This document shows, in pieces, positions 17,505 through 27,056 of a stretch of DNA of 64,000 nt. The stretch lies in the sequence record PP239276.1; one strand, written 5' to 3'. Each line of letters starts with the position of its first letter. Position 1 is the stretch's first letter. A program made the translations under genes and the position numbers. Below the pieces are notes generated by a model that was given only the letters and a program-made list of their open reading frames with translations, was not told the DNA's origin and ran no database searches. The DNA comes from Escherichia phage BME3.

Positions 17505-17848
17505 TAGTGGCTAAAATTCTTTGGTTAGACGATTTAAGAGATCCTAAAGATTATGGTTATGAGGATGCCATTTGGTTAAAATCTTTTGGGGATTGGTTAT
17601 CTTTTGTTTCAGATGAAGATAATTTCAATAATATCTCAGAGATACACTTCGATAATGATCTTGGAGAAGATCAGGAAGGATATCATGCATTCTTAGACGT
17701 AGAATGTATGTTGTATGCGGGTGAATGGGATGCTCTTAAAACTATCTATGTCCATACATCAAACCCTTCTGCTGCTGGTAAATATATGTTAGCTAAGGAA
17801 AATTTTATTTCATCTTATGGTGTTGAAATTAAGCGTGTTAACTATTAA
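17474..17848 (+). CDS. hypothetical protein
   Basis: 124-aa track ORF; likely GTG start near 17507 (MAKILWLDD...). Confidence 0.45.
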   Translation: MERRETGRGLIVAKILWLDDLRDPKDYGYEDAIWLKSFGDWLSFVSDEDNFNNISEIHFDNDLGEDQEGYHAFLDVECMLYAGEWDALKTIYVHTSNPSAAGKYMLAKENFISSYGVEIKRVNY

Positions 17849-18003
17849 GTAGGTATTATGCATTACTCAGTTTGGTCAGAGCAAGAAGAGGATGAAGGGC
17901 GTTTTATCTATAAAGAGGAAGAAAACTGTAACGATACGAGTAATGATCTTTTACTTCCTGATTACAGTTTTTTCGCTGATAGATTAAAAGAGTACGGAGA
18001 AAA

Positions 18004-18366
18004 TTGATGTGCGCTACTAATCAACATGATATTTGTTACCAACCTCTTACTTGGCTTGGTGAGGATCACTATGCTCAACGTGTTATAGTCTGCGCTGCGA
18101 ATAAGTATATTCTCAATAATGGCGAAGAGTTAATTATTCCTTGTGTTAGGCATGCAAATCCTGTACTATCTGCACAACTTAATGTTTTAAAAGATGCAGG
18201 ATTGATTGATAAACTGTTTTGCTTACCTGATAATCAAGGGTTTATTGATCAGTATTATAACTGGTGGAGTCGCAAAGATGCTTATATCATTGCAGATAAC
18301 GCCAAACAAATTAACTACGAAAGAAATGGTCACAACAGTGAACTATTCAGCGAGGGATTATACTAA
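18004..18366 (+). CDS. hypothetical protein
   Basis: 120-aa ORF directly upstream of the phosphoesterase gene. Confidence 0.5.
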   Translation: MMCATNQHDICYQPLTWLGEDHYAQRVIVCAANKYILNNGEELIIPCVRHANPVLSAQLNVLKDAGLIDKLFCLPDNQGFIDQYYNWWSRKDAYIIADNAKQINYERNGHNSELFSEGLY

Positions 18367-18917
18367 TGTTTATTACAAGTGATTTGCATTTTATGCACAA
18401 ACGTATCCGAGAGTTTGCTCCTGAATATCGCCCGTGGGAAGATATGGAGCATATGACAGAAGCACTGATCGAAGCATGGAATAAATGTGCCACAACACCA
18501 GGAGTAAAGATGTACCATCTTGGGGACTTCTGTTTCGGGACTGAAGAAGATACCCGTAAGATTGCTTCCCGTCTCCAAGGAGATATTACTTACTGTGTTG
18601 GGAACCATGATTATAGTAAACACAGAAAAGTGCTTGCAGAGTATGGAGAAGTGGTTTATTATGACGAAGTGAAATATCAGAAGCTGTTCTTCGTCTTAAG
18701 TCATTACCCTATGGCTGCCTGGAATAAACAAGGGCATGGATCAATCATGCTACACGGACACTCTCACGGATCATTCCCTGACCATTTGTATGGGAAGATG
18801 TTGGATGTTGGTTGGGATGCACACGGGAAAATCTTGCATTTTGACGAAATCATCTCTATTATGGATAAGCGTGATATTGTTGTTGTAGACCATCATAAGA
18901 TAATCAAAGGAGATTAA
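18366..18917 (+). CDS. calcineurin-like metallophosphoesterase (candidate RNA 2',3'-cyclic phosphodiesterase / 3'-phosphatase)
   Basis: 183 aa; metallophosphatase motifs DLHF, GDFCFG, GNHD, HGHSH. Confidence 0.75.
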   Translation: MFITSDLHFMHKRIREFAPEYRPWEDMEHMTEALIEAWNKCATTPGVKMYHLGDFCFGTEEDTRKIASRLQGDITYCVGNHDYSKHRKVLAEYGEVVYYDEVKYQKLFFVLSHYPMAAWNKQGHGSIMLHGHSHGSFPDHLYGKMLDVGWDAHGKILHFDEIISIMDKRDIVVVDHHKIIKGD

Positions 18918-18918
18918 G

Positions 18919-19851
18919 GTGGCTAAGTTCAATTGTGATGACCTGATTGCAAAAGGTTTAGTGCATAAAAAAGAAGTTAAATCTGGAGAGTATGCTGGTC
19001 TTGCTGTACTTAAATACAAAAACAATGTATTCTGGGATAACTTGTGGAACGTTGACAAACGACTTTTAGATTGTCGTGGGTTGGTTGTTGATTCAGAAGA
19101 CAATGTTGTTATTTGGCCTTTTACTAAAATCTTTAATCGTTTTGAAAATGGTACAGATCTTCCAGCAGACGAAATTGTAGATGCTGTCCGTAAAGTAAAC
19201 GGTTTTATGGCATCTGTAGGTGTGTACAAAGGGAAACTTGTTGTATCAACAACAGGGAGCCTAGAATCAGATTTCGCAATTATGGCAAAGAACCGTATTG
19301 TTTCCGAGTGTGACGACATAGAGTATTTCATTAAGTGGACAGAAAGTGCAAAAGCAACTTTTCTTTTTGAAATCTGTGATCCTTCTGATCCACATATTGT
19401 CGAAGAAGAACCAGGCGCATACTTAATTGGAGCAAGAATTCAAAATCTTGATGGGACAAGTTTCATGTTACCTGAAGGTGTTCTTGATGGGATTGCATCT
19501 GTTACAAAATTTAAACGTCCTGAAGTTTATCCGATGATTAAATTTTCAGATGTTGTTGAAATGTCTAAACATTGTAAACACGAAGGGTTTGTAGTTCGTG
19601 AAACAAACTACCCGTTTAACTTACTGTTAAAGATTAAGTCACCATACTATCTTGCTAAAAAATTCCTTATGCGTGGTGGCAATAAGAAGTGGGATATGAT
19701 TTGGGACAACCCAAACAATGCTAAACAAATTGTTGACGAAGAATATTATACTTTGCTAGAATGGCTTCGAAACAACTTTACGAAGGCTCAATGGGCTGCT
19801 CTCGATCCACAAGAGAGACGTAAAGAAATAGAAAACTTCTTTGGAGGCTAA
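18919..19851 (+). CDS. RNA ligase-like nucleotidyltransferase
   Basis: 310 aa; covalent nucleotidyltransferase motif I KVNGF, motif IV EGFVVR, motif V LKIKS; too short for an OB-fold DNA ligase, and a separate DNA ligase is present. Confidence 0.6.
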   Translation: MAKFNCDDLIAKGLVHKKEVKSGEYAGLAVLKYKNNVFWDNLWNVDKRLLDCRGLVVDSEDNVVIWPFTKIFNRFENGTDLPADEIVDAVRKVNGFMASVGVYKGKLVVSTTGSLESDFAIMAKNRIVSECDDIEYFIKWTESAKATFLFEICDPSDPHIVEEEPGAYLIGARIQNLDGTSFMLPEGVLDGIASVTKFKRPEVYPMIKFSDVVEMSKHCKHEGFVVRETNYPFNLLLKIKSPYYLAKKFLMRGGNKKWDMIWDNPNNAKQIVDEEYYTLLEWLRNNFTKAQWAALDPQERRKEIENFFGG

Positions 19852-20256
19852 ATGAAACAACTTATCATTTTACGTGGTGTTTCAGGCGCAGGTAAATCTA
19901 CAGTAGCAGAAATTATCTCTGAAAATCATTGGCCTATTTGTGAGGCAGATCAATACCACTACACTGAAGATGGTGTGTATGAGTGGAAACAAGAGAATAT
20001 CCATAAAGCACACCAATGGTGTCGTGTCAAAGTACAAAAATATATGCAGTATGGTGTTGAAAAGATTATTGTCTCTAACACTTCAACCACAGAGAAAGAA
20101 CTTAAACCTTATTTAACTCTTGCTGAAGAGTTTGGTTATCAAGTTATCTCTTTAGTAGTTGAAAATAGGCACGGTAACGACTCAATTCATGAGGTTCCAC
20201 AACATATTCGTGATCAGCAAGAGAAACGTCTTCGCAGTTCACTTAAACTACAATAA
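19852..20256 (+). CDS. polynucleotide 5'-kinase-like P-loop kinase
   Basis: 134 aa; Walker A GVSGAGKST at N-terminus, overall layout resembling the kinase domain of T4 Pnk; start 1 nt after the ligase-like gene stop. Confidence 0.65.
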   Translation: MKQLIILRGVSGAGKSTVAEIISENHWPICEADQYHYTEDGVYEWKQENIHKAHQWCRVKVQKYMQYGVEKIIVSNTSTTEKELKPYLTLAEEFGYQVISLVVENRHGNDSIHEVPQHIRDQQEKRLRSSLKLQ

Positions 20257-20265
20257 GGAGAGTGT

Positions 20266-20586
20266 ATGGAAATTTATTCTGGTGAAGGTAAGTATTTTAC
20301 AGTAGTCGATAATGGTGAAATTATTATTTATCGCTACGGAAGTGAGTGGAGGAACGAGACAGGAGACGGCTATATCTTATCTTTGCTCCGTTTGATTAAT
20401 GATCTTACGGAAGAACTTGAAGAAACAAAACGTTCATATGATGACCAAGTAGATTCATTAGAAAACATTATTTCAGATCTAAATGAAGAAGTTTGTTATT
20501 TGAGTGGACAAGTTTCAGAGTTAACACTGGAATGTGAAGATTTAGGTGATGTTATTGCAGATTTAAATGAACGTCTTAAGGATTAA
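20266..20586 (+). CDS. hypothetical coiled-coil protein
   Basis: 106-aa ORF; heptad-like acidic C-terminal half. Confidence 0.5.
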   Translation: MEIYSGEGKYFTVVDNGEIIIYRYGSEWRNETGDGYILSLLRLINDLTEELEETKRSYDDQVDSLENIISDLNEEVCYLSGQVSELTLECEDLGDVIADLNERLKD

Positions 20587-20589
20587 TAT

Positions 20590-20814
20590 ATGAGTACAGC
20601 TATCTATGTTAAAGGTGTAAGCGAAGATCAACAAATGTTATTCTCATTTGGTGAGAATACTGAAATGGAAGATATGTTTAATGATATCCTTGATGCCCTT
20701 TCTTCTGAAGGGTTCACAATGATTACATACTTTATGGCAACATCTTCTGAATATGTTGATACAGATCTTGAAGACTTGATGGAAGAAATTCAAACTCTTG
20801 TGTATAATTGGTAA
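20590..20814 (+). CDS. hypothetical acidic protein
   Basis: 74-aa ORF. Confidence 0.45.
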   Translation: MSTAIYVKGVSEDQQMLFSFGENTEMEDMFNDILDALSSEGFTMITYFMATSSEYVDTDLEDLMEEIQTLVYNW

Positions 20815-21011
20815 GGTTAACTATGACATTTATTGAAGAACTAACGAGAATTGCAAACGCGCCTAACAGTAGTGAAGATCCTTACTTTATGGTGGATGAT
20901 TACACTGGTGGTAATATTGATGATGCCTATGAACTAGGCAGACTACACGGTGAAATTGAAATGGCTAAATGGGTTCTTTCGCAACTGGAGGTTAAAGATG
21001 AAACAAACTAA
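20808..21011 (+). CDS. hypothetical protein
   Basis: 67-aa track ORF; probable start at internal MTFIEE with RBS. Confidence 0.4.
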   Translation: MVRLTMTFIEELTRIANAPNSSEDPYFMVDDYTGGNIDDAYELGRLHGEIEMAKWVLSQLEVKDETN

Positions 21012-22113
21012 TCCTACATTGTATGGTAAAACTTCTACAGGTAAAATTAAACAGTGGTCAGTCTATACCGAAGGTAGTGTTGTAACTGTTGCTCATGGTC
21101 AATTAGGTGGAAAGATTACTAGCAAATCTTATACAGCAGAACCTAAAAATATTGGTCGCTCAAATGAAACAACAGCAGAAGAACAAGCTGAAATAGAAGC
21201 TCTTGCCAAATGGACAAAGCAACTTAAGAATGGGTATTATAAAACAAAAGAGGAAGCTGAAAACCATGTTCCTTCTACACCCATGAAATGTCAGGATTAT
21301 AAAGATTATGCTGATCGTGTTTTGTTCCCAGGTTATGCACAATATAAATTGAATGGTCTACGTTCAATGATTAACATGCAAGGTGAATGTTTATCTAAAG
21401 CTGGGGAGGTATATAAACTTCCACCTCACTGGGAAGAAATTCCAACCTTCATTAAAGAAGTAGTTAGTCATCCTCTTGACGGTGAAGTTTTTGCTGGTTT
21501 GGGTGTCCTTAGCCTTCAACAAATTAATAGTGCGTGGAAAAAGCATAATGCTAACACTCCGCTTCTTAAATACTATGTATATGATGTTCCTGTGCCATCT
21601 GTACCATTTGAGAAGAGGGTTGAAGTTTTGGCTGCTCTAAAAGACGTTGTTGAAGATAAAGGTTTAGATGAACTTATTTGTGTAGTACATACAGAGTACA
21701 TTGAAAACCAAGAGCAGTTTGATGAATTCTATGCAAAAGCTCTGCGTGAGAAAGCGGAAGGTGTTGTGTATCGTAATGCACAAGGTGTTTACGAGTTTGA
21801 TAAACGTTCTTATGATGTTATTAAACGTAAACCACGGCAGACGCTGGAAGTTAAGGTGGTAAGTGCAAAACGTGATAAAAATGGTGACGGGGTATTGACA
21901 GGTGAGATGGAAAATGGTAAAGTAGTCGAATTCCTGATGCGTAAGGATTCAGATGAAACCATTAACTATCGTAAAGAAGAAAATGCTTTGACACTTATTG
22001 GTCAATTTGTTGAAATAGAGTACGAAGAATTTTCAGACGAAGGTATTCCTACCAAGCCTGTTGGGGTACGTGTACGTAAGATGATTCCAGGTACTTGGGA
22101 ACCAGCAGAGTAA
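20950..22113 (+). CDS. ATP-dependent DNA ligase
   Basis: Motif I KLNGLR, motif IV EGVVYR, motif V DVIKRK, C-terminal OB-like region; GGAGG RBS before internal Met at ~20998 (MKQTNPTLYGK). Confidence 0.75.
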   Translation: MKLKWLNGFFRNWRLKMKQTNPTLYGKTSTGKIKQWSVYTEGSVVTVAHGQLGGKITSKSYTAEPKNIGRSNETTAEEQAEIEALAKWTKQLKNGYYKTKEEAENHVPSTPMKCQDYKDYADRVLFPGYAQYKLNGLRSMINMQGECLSKAGEVYKLPPHWEEIPTFIKEVVSHPLDGEVFAGLGVLSLQQINSAWKKHNANTPLLKYYVYDVPVPSVPFEKRVEVLAALKDVVEDKGLDELICVVHTEYIENQEQFDEFYAKALREKAEGVVYRNAQGVYEFDKRSYDVIKRKPRQTLEVKVVSAKRDKNGDGVLTGEMENGKVVEFLMRKDSDETINYRKEENALTLIGQFVEIEYEEFSDEGIPTKPVGVRVRKMIPGTWEPAE

Positions 22114-22301
22114 GAGGTAATATGGTATTAGTAACAGTTCTTATGATGTTAATTGCTATTGCAATTATAATGTTAGCCTCGTTTCCAGTGGATAAATGGT
22201 ACTGCAATTTTTGTAGATTTGTTGTTTTCCTCTGTGCTGGGGCGTATATGGGCGAATCGGTAGTTCGCATTAGTGTTTTGTTAGAACAATATTTTAAATA
22301 A
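22095..22301 (+). CDS. small membrane protein
   Basis: Two hydrophobic helices (LVTVLMMLIAIAIIMLA; FVVFLCAGAYMG); probable start near 22122. Confidence 0.45.
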   Translation: MGTSRVRGNMVLVTVLMMLIAIAIIMLASFPVDKWYCNFCRFVVFLCAGAYMGESVVRISVLLEQYFK

Positions 22302-22310
22302 GGAGAAACA

Positions 22311-23033
22311 ATGATCGAGAATTTTTTCAAACAAGTAAAAGTGGACAATAGCTTCTTTATCAAAGCTGCCGATCAAATTGTTGCTTGGAATGCTAAGGCA
22401 CGCGGTGGAGTAACCCCAGAATTTACTCAAGAGATGTTTGAAGCTCAACTTTCTTTTGTACGAGAAGAACTTAAAGAGTTCCAAGCAGCAGCACAGGAAA
22501 ATGATCACGTTGAATTACTTGATGCAGCAGCAGATATTTTTGTAGTAGCATCCTACCTGGCGTTTATGTTCTTTGGTAAAGAAGGTGTTGATAAAGCTCT
22601 GGAAATGCCGACAGGAGATGTTCTGGCAGAAAACATTTACGATGTTATCATCGAATTTGATAAAATGGTAGAAAATGACTTGCAATTTGCACTAATGTCT
22701 CTTACACTTACACGTATGGCACGAGATACTTTGGTGCGTTCTGTTTATAACGAGAAGAAAGTTATGCGTGAAGTGTTGAATAGCAATGAGTCCAAGTATC
22801 CTACCAAAAAGCAACTCCTAGCTATTTGGGAAACTAAGGATATTATTGAAGCTCTTGAAAAAGAATGTGATGCTATCGAGATGCGAAGCAAAGATCGTGC
22901 AGAAGGTTCTTACACTGGAGTACATGCTGTATATAACGAAGTTCAAAAGGTGTACGTATTCTTTGATGACAAAGGTAAAATTATGAAACCATCTACCTTT
23001 GTTAAACCTAATATCGCAGCAATCATTGCTTAA
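22311..23033 (+). CDS. MazG-like all-alpha nucleoside triphosphate pyrophosphohydrolase (possible dCTPase/dUTPase)
   Basis: 240 aa; EELKEFQAAAQEND..ELLDAAADIFVVASYLA resembles MazG/dimeric dUTPase EExxE..D motifs. Confidence 0.5.
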   Translation: MIENFFKQVKVDNSFFIKAADQIVAWNAKARGGVTPEFTQEMFEAQLSFVREELKEFQAAAQENDHVELLDAAADIFVVASYLAFMFFGKEGVDKALEMPTGDVLAENIYDVIIEFDKMVENDLQFALMSLTLTRMARDTLVRSVYNEKKVMREVLNSNESKYPTKKQLLAIWETKDIIEALEKECDAIEMRSKDRAEGSYTGVHAVYNEVQKVYVFFDDKGKIMKPSTFVKPNIAAIIA

Positions 23034-23035
23034 GA

Positions 23036-23062
23036 AATAAAGCCCCTTCGGGGGCTTATTGG
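23036..23062 (+). terminator. intrinsic terminator
   Basis: AAGCCCCTTCGGGGGCTT hairpin followed by ATTGG/T-rich tract. Confidence 0.55.
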
Positions 23063-23069
23063 AGGTATT

Positions 23070-23348
23070 ATGTTAACAGCAGAAGATATCTTTAAACACG
23101 GTTTGCGTCAGGTAATCAAATCCTTGAAGAATGCAGGTATTGAAGATATCACACAGGAAATTGTTGGTTTAGAAAAAGAAGGTAAGAGAACAGAGTTTAA
23201 GTTTTACACAGAAGAACAGTGGTTGAGTAATCCGCAAAATAAAGCTAATGAAGCTGTTAGTCTGTTTGGTAAATCTTATAAAGGATTTAAATATCCTGAT
23301 CATATTGTCGAATATGATGGTGTAAAATATTTTGTAGTTGTTATTTGA
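23070..23348 (+). CDS. hypothetical protein
   Basis: 92-aa ORF with GGAGG RBS. Confidence 0.45.
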   Translation: MLTAEDIFKHGLRQVIKSLKNAGIEDITQEIVGLEKEGKRTEFKFYTEEQWLSNPQNKANEAVSLFGKSYKGFKYPDHIVEYDGVKYFVVVI

Positions 23349-24243
23349 GGAGAAAACTATGTTTGCTAAAAATTTCAAATCTTGCGTAACCCTGATTTCT
23401 GGTGATGGTCTGTCTATTTCCGCACTGAACACAGTAACAGATAAACCGCTGGATTTTGTTGTGGCACAGGGTCAACAAGCACATACCATTGGTCTTGTTC
23501 GTTTTGAAGATGATGGTTCCTATGTAAAAGTGTTCTCTGGTTTAGAGGTTATTAAAGTAGGGCAGTCTGTTAAGAAAGTTAACAAGAAGAAAGTTAAACG
23601 CATTCTTAATGAAAAACTCCAGGAGATGGAACAAGAGTTTATTGCTGCAAACCCTACTAAAGAATTCTTCCTGGACAAAGAAAGTAAAAAGGCAATTGAG
23701 GCTGATATCGTGTTTTCTCTGCTCCCAGAAACAGAGGCAGATGATTTCTATAACTATGTTGTTGTAGACACTGAAAACAGTATTACCTACGTTCTTAATG
23801 GTACTAAGAAAATTAGTGAAGATATTGCTGTGTTTCTTCGTGAGGTGTTGGGTACTTTCCCAGTCCTGCCGTTTAGTGTACACGAAGAAGCCATTATTAA
23901 AGGTTTTGATACCATCTTAGAAGAACATGAGGCTGAACGACTGACACTTGGTAATTATATTAAACTTGAAGATTCTGAAGGTGTGGTTGTATGGAGTAAA
24001 GAATCCCTTTATGAATCTCGTGCAGTAGAACTTATGGAAGATGGTAAGCACGTTGTTGCCATTGGCCTGGAATATGACGGTTTCGTTAACTTTATTGTTG
24101 ATAAAGAATTTAAGTTGAGTGGTATTAAATTCCCTAAATACTTTAACGATGAAGAAGGATCTTTTGAAGCATCTGTTCTTCTGTGCTTTAATGAAATCCG
24201 TGGTATTATGCAAGACCTTATCAAGTCAACTATTCAAAAATAA
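23338..24243 (+). CDS. hypothetical protein
   Basis: 301-aa track ORF; GAGGAG RBS before internal Met near 23359; acidic, no motif recognised. Confidence 0.5.
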   Translation: MLFEEKTMFAKNFKSCVTLISGDGLSISALNTVTDKPLDFVVAQGQQAHTIGLVRFEDDGSYVKVFSGLEVIKVGQSVKKVNKKKVKRILNEKLQEMEQEFIAANPTKEFFLDKESKKAIEADIVFSLLPETEADDFYNYVVVDTENSITYVLNGTKKISEDIAVFLREVLGTFPVLPFSVHEEAIIKGFDTILEEHEAERLTLGNYIKLEDSEGVVVWSKESLYESRAVELMEDGKHVVAIGLEYDGFVNFIVDKEFKLSGIKFPKYFNDEEGSFEASVLLCFNEIRGIMQDLIKSTIQK

Positions 24244-24246
24244 TAC

Positions 24247-24276
24247 TTGACTTACTAATTTAATATGTGTTAATAT
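24247..24276 (+). promoter_or_regulatory. sigma70-like promoter (TTGACT-N18-TAATAT)
   Basis: Consensus-like -35 TTGACT and -10 TAATAT upstream of the secreted-protein gene; followed by an imperfect hairpin and AAGGAG RBS. Confidence 0.4.
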
Positions 24277-24530
24277 GCCTACCTACTCAGTTAGGTGGGC
24301 TTTTAAGGAGACACACCATGAAAAAACTTCTTGTCGGTTTACTTTTAGTAATCAGTTCTTATTCTTATGCTGGTCAAATAACTTTAATTAATTCTGGAGA
24401 ACAAGTTTCTGGAAGTACAAAATACTGTTTTTACTCTAACGGTATGTACGACAAGGTTATAGAGGTTTCTGCAAGTCGTCAGTGTCCCTACACACGAACA
24501 TTCTCAACAGAGAGTTCAGATGATGAATAG
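24267..24530 (+). CDS. small secreted protein
   Basis: Internal Met near 24318 with AAGGAG RBS begins MKKLLVGLLLVISSYSYA (signal peptide, SYA-G cleavage site); ~70-aa mature product with 2 Cys. Confidence 0.5.
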   Translation: MLICLPTQLGGLLRRHTMKKLLVGLLLVISSYSYAGQITLINSGEQVSGSTKYCFYSNGMYDKVIEVSASRQCPYTRTFSTESSDDE

Positions 24531-24622
24531 GAGGTAATATTAGCGGTTACATTTTAATCCAACCGGAAGACCTGCACAAATATGTTGACGAGAACACAAT
24601 TCTTGCAATAGACTACGATCAA

Positions 24623-25657
24623 GTGGCGTTCCAAGCGTCTTCAGCTTTAGAACAAAGAAAAATCCACGCTGTACACAAGGCTTCCGGTAATGTAAAAGAG
24701 TTTGAAACAAGAACAGATTTTTGGGGTAAATCTTCAAAAAATATTGGAGGATGGTTAGGAGCACTTAACGCGCAACGCGAAGCTGCTGGTAAGAAGTTGT
24801 TCTCTAGAGAAGATTTTGAAATAAAAGATGTTCAAATAGTCCCAGATAATATTTCTTTTACGTTTCAAGCTGCAAAGACAAAAATAACCCAGATGATGGA
24901 TCACCTAAAACTTCAAAAGTATTGCGGTGTCATCGGGGTAGGAAAAACCTTCCGGCATTCTTTCAAAATGCCAAAAGAATATAAATCAGAACGATCAGAT
25001 TTAAGACCAATCCATTTATCAGATACTAAAGATTATTTAGTTGAAAAACATAACGGTGACGTTGTTACTAGTATTGAGGCAGATGATGCTTTAGAAATCT
25101 ATGGATATGCAGGGTATAAAGCCTACAAGGAAACTGGTAAGTTTTCTCATATTGTAGCATCTATCGACAAAGATAGCTTGCACACACCAAGTTTACTCTT
25201 TAACTTTTATAAAGAGGATGGTGTTTATAAAAATCCTTGTATTATTCTGATTGATGAATCTATCGGTGATATCTGGATCGTAGAAAAAGGTAAGAAAAAA
25301 GAAATTAAGGGTTGGGGTAGTTACTGGTTAGCTTATCAAATGCTAATGGGCGATAAGACAGATAGTATTCGACCTTACCAAGATTTCGATGTTAAGTTTG
25401 GAGATATTACTTGCTTTAATCTTATTTCCAAATGTAAAACACAGGCTGAACTTTTTCAGACAGTTAAAGATCAGTATTATGAATGGTTCCCAGATGGCGT
25501 TAAATTTACTTCTTGGGATGGTGAAGAAGTAGAAATGACAACTGATGAATGGATAGAGACAATTTTTCAGTTGGTATATATGAAACGTTGGGCGAATGAT
25601 GAAACAACTTTTGAAAGTATGCTACAAGCGTATATTTCAGAGCAGGAGGAACATTGA
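24623..25657 (+). CDS. RNase H / flap-endonuclease-like 5'-3' exonuclease (T4 rnh-like)
   Basis: 344 aa; motifs align to T4 RNase H: IEADDALEIYG (EADD), ILIDESIGDIW (DxD), LMGDKTDSIRP (L-GDK-D helix-hairpin-helix region). Confidence 0.65.
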   Translation: MAFQASSALEQRKIHAVHKASGNVKEFETRTDFWGKSSKNIGGWLGALNAQREAAGKKLFSREDFEIKDVQIVPDNISFTFQAAKTKITQMMDHLKLQKYCGVIGVGKTFRHSFKMPKEYKSERSDLRPIHLSDTKDYLVEKHNGDVVTSIEADDALEIYGYAGYKAYKETGKFSHIVASIDKDSLHTPSLLFNFYKEDGVYKNPCIILIDESIGDIWIVEKGKKKEIKGWGSYWLAYQMLMGDKTDSIRPYQDFDVKFGDITCFNLISKCKTQAELFQTVKDQYYEWFPDGVKFTSWDGEEVEMTTDEWIETIFQLVYMKRWANDETTFESMLQAYISEQEEH

Positions 25658-26616
25658 GTAAATTAACAGACGAACAGAAAGCCTTGATTGTATCTATGAA
25701 AGCACAAGGTTATTCTTCGCGTAAGATTGCACAAGAGGTGTTGGGAAGTTCTACTAAGAAGAGCACAGTAAATGATTACTTAGCTCGTGTAAATTCACCA
25801 CATCGCGGTGCTCCGCAAGATAAAGGTGGGCCAGTAATTAAAATTATTGACGTAGAGACAGCACCGGAGATTGTGTATAGCTTCTCACGTTTCAAAGCCT
25901 TTATTGCACCTGAACAAGTTATTCGTCGAGGTTACTTGCTTTCCTATTCATCTGCTGATTTAGAAACAGGAGAAGTAGAAGGTAAAAACCTTAGCAATTA
26001 CCCTCTGTTTGACATAGATCATACAGATGATTGGGAATTATGTCAAGATCTGTGGCACTTGCTTGACGATGCAGATATTGTGATCGCACACAACGGTATT
26101 AAGTTTGATAAGGCTTATATTAACCAACGTTTTGCTTTTCACGGTATGGAGCCACCATCGCACTATGTTGTAATTGATACACTCAAGGCAGCTAAGAAGC
26201 AGTTTGCACTACCTTCTAATGCGCTTAAAGAAATGTGTTTGTATTTTGATACAGAAAACTTTAAACTTGACAATGAAGGTTTTCCTTTGTGGAAAGCATG
26301 TTGTGAAGGAGACAGACACGCCTTCTTCCGTATGCAAACATACAACGATGGTGATGTTGTTTCTCTTAGAGATCTTTACATCAAACTTCGTGCGTGGATT
26401 CCACAACATCCTAACGTATCTGCATTCTATGACGATGAAAAACTTCGTTGTCCTCGTTGCGGTAAAGAGCACCTTGAAGTTGTTCCTGGTAAGGTTTACA
26501 CAACAGCGGTTAGTACATTCCAAGTACTAAGATGCACATCATGTAATAGCCTGTCTCGTGGACGTGTTAATTTGCGTAGCAAAGAGAAGCGTGTAAACAC
26601 TGTTATTGGAATTTAA
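25654..26616 (+). CDS. DEDD-family 3'-5' exonuclease with N-terminal HTH and C-terminal zinc ribbon
   Basis: TTG start with AGGAGG RBS; Exo I IIDVETAP, Exo II VIAHNGIKFDKAYI, Exo III YNDGDVVSLRDLY; C-terminal CPRCGK...CTSCNS. Confidence 0.65.
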   Translation: MSKLTDEQKALIVSMKAQGYSSRKIAQEVLGSSTKKSTVNDYLARVNSPHRGAPQDKGGPVIKIIDVETAPEIVYSFSRFKAFIAPEQVIRRGYLLSYSSADLETGEVEGKNLSNYPLFDIDHTDDWELCQDLWHLLDDADIVIAHNGIKFDKAYINQRFAFHGMEPPSHYVVIDTLKAAKKQFALPSNALKEMCLYFDTENFKLDNEGFPLWKACCEGDRHAFFRMQTYNDGDVVSLRDLYIKLRAWIPQHPNVSAFYDDEKLRCPRCGKEHLEVVPGKVYTTAVSTFQVLRCTSCNSLSRGRVNLRSKEKRVNTVIGI

Positions 26617-26621
26617 TAAAA

Positions 26622-26646
26622 AGGGGCGAAAGCCCCTTTATTTTTG
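26622..26646 (+). terminator. intrinsic terminator
   Basis: AAGGGGCGAAAGCCCCTTTATTTTT; same hairpin sequence recurs at ~39710 and ~51716. Confidence 0.6.
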
Positions 26647-26654
26647 GAGGATTT

Positions 26655-27056
26655 ATGACTACAGCACTGGATATTCAAATTGATGGTGATCACTACAAAC
26701 GTATGCGTATGCAACCTTTGGAACTTGCATATCTAATTGGTGCAACTCCTTGTTTCACTAAGTTAGCTAAGTATGCTTGTCGAAACAAAGGTGATCGTGT
26801 GATCAACCTAAACAAAGCGATTCACGTTATTCATATTGAAAAAGAATTGAGTGATAAGTATTACAATATGTTGTATGAAGCCTACCCTAATCTAAAAAAC
26901 CCTGTAAAAATTGAGTTAGCTAATCAGCTAATTGATTTATACACAGACGATGATCTTGTTCGTAAGGCTTTAAAAGCAATGTATAAAGGTAAGTATATTG
27001 AAGCAGCAGATGCTATTGAACAATTGAAGGAGAGTGTAGATGGCTTCTCACGGTAA
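26655..27056 (+). CDS. DUF3310-like phage protein
   Basis: 133 aa; DHYKRMRMQPLELAYLIGATPCF..LAKYACRNKGD matches the HY..QP.E...G..F..AIKY..R pattern recalled for DUF3310. Confidence 0.4.
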   Translation: MTTALDIQIDGDHYKRMRMQPLELAYLIGATPCFTKLAKYACRNKGDRVINLNKAIHVIHIEKELSDKYYNMLYEAYPNLKNPVKIELANQLIDLYTDDDLVRKALKAMYKGKYIEAADAIEQLKESVDGFSR

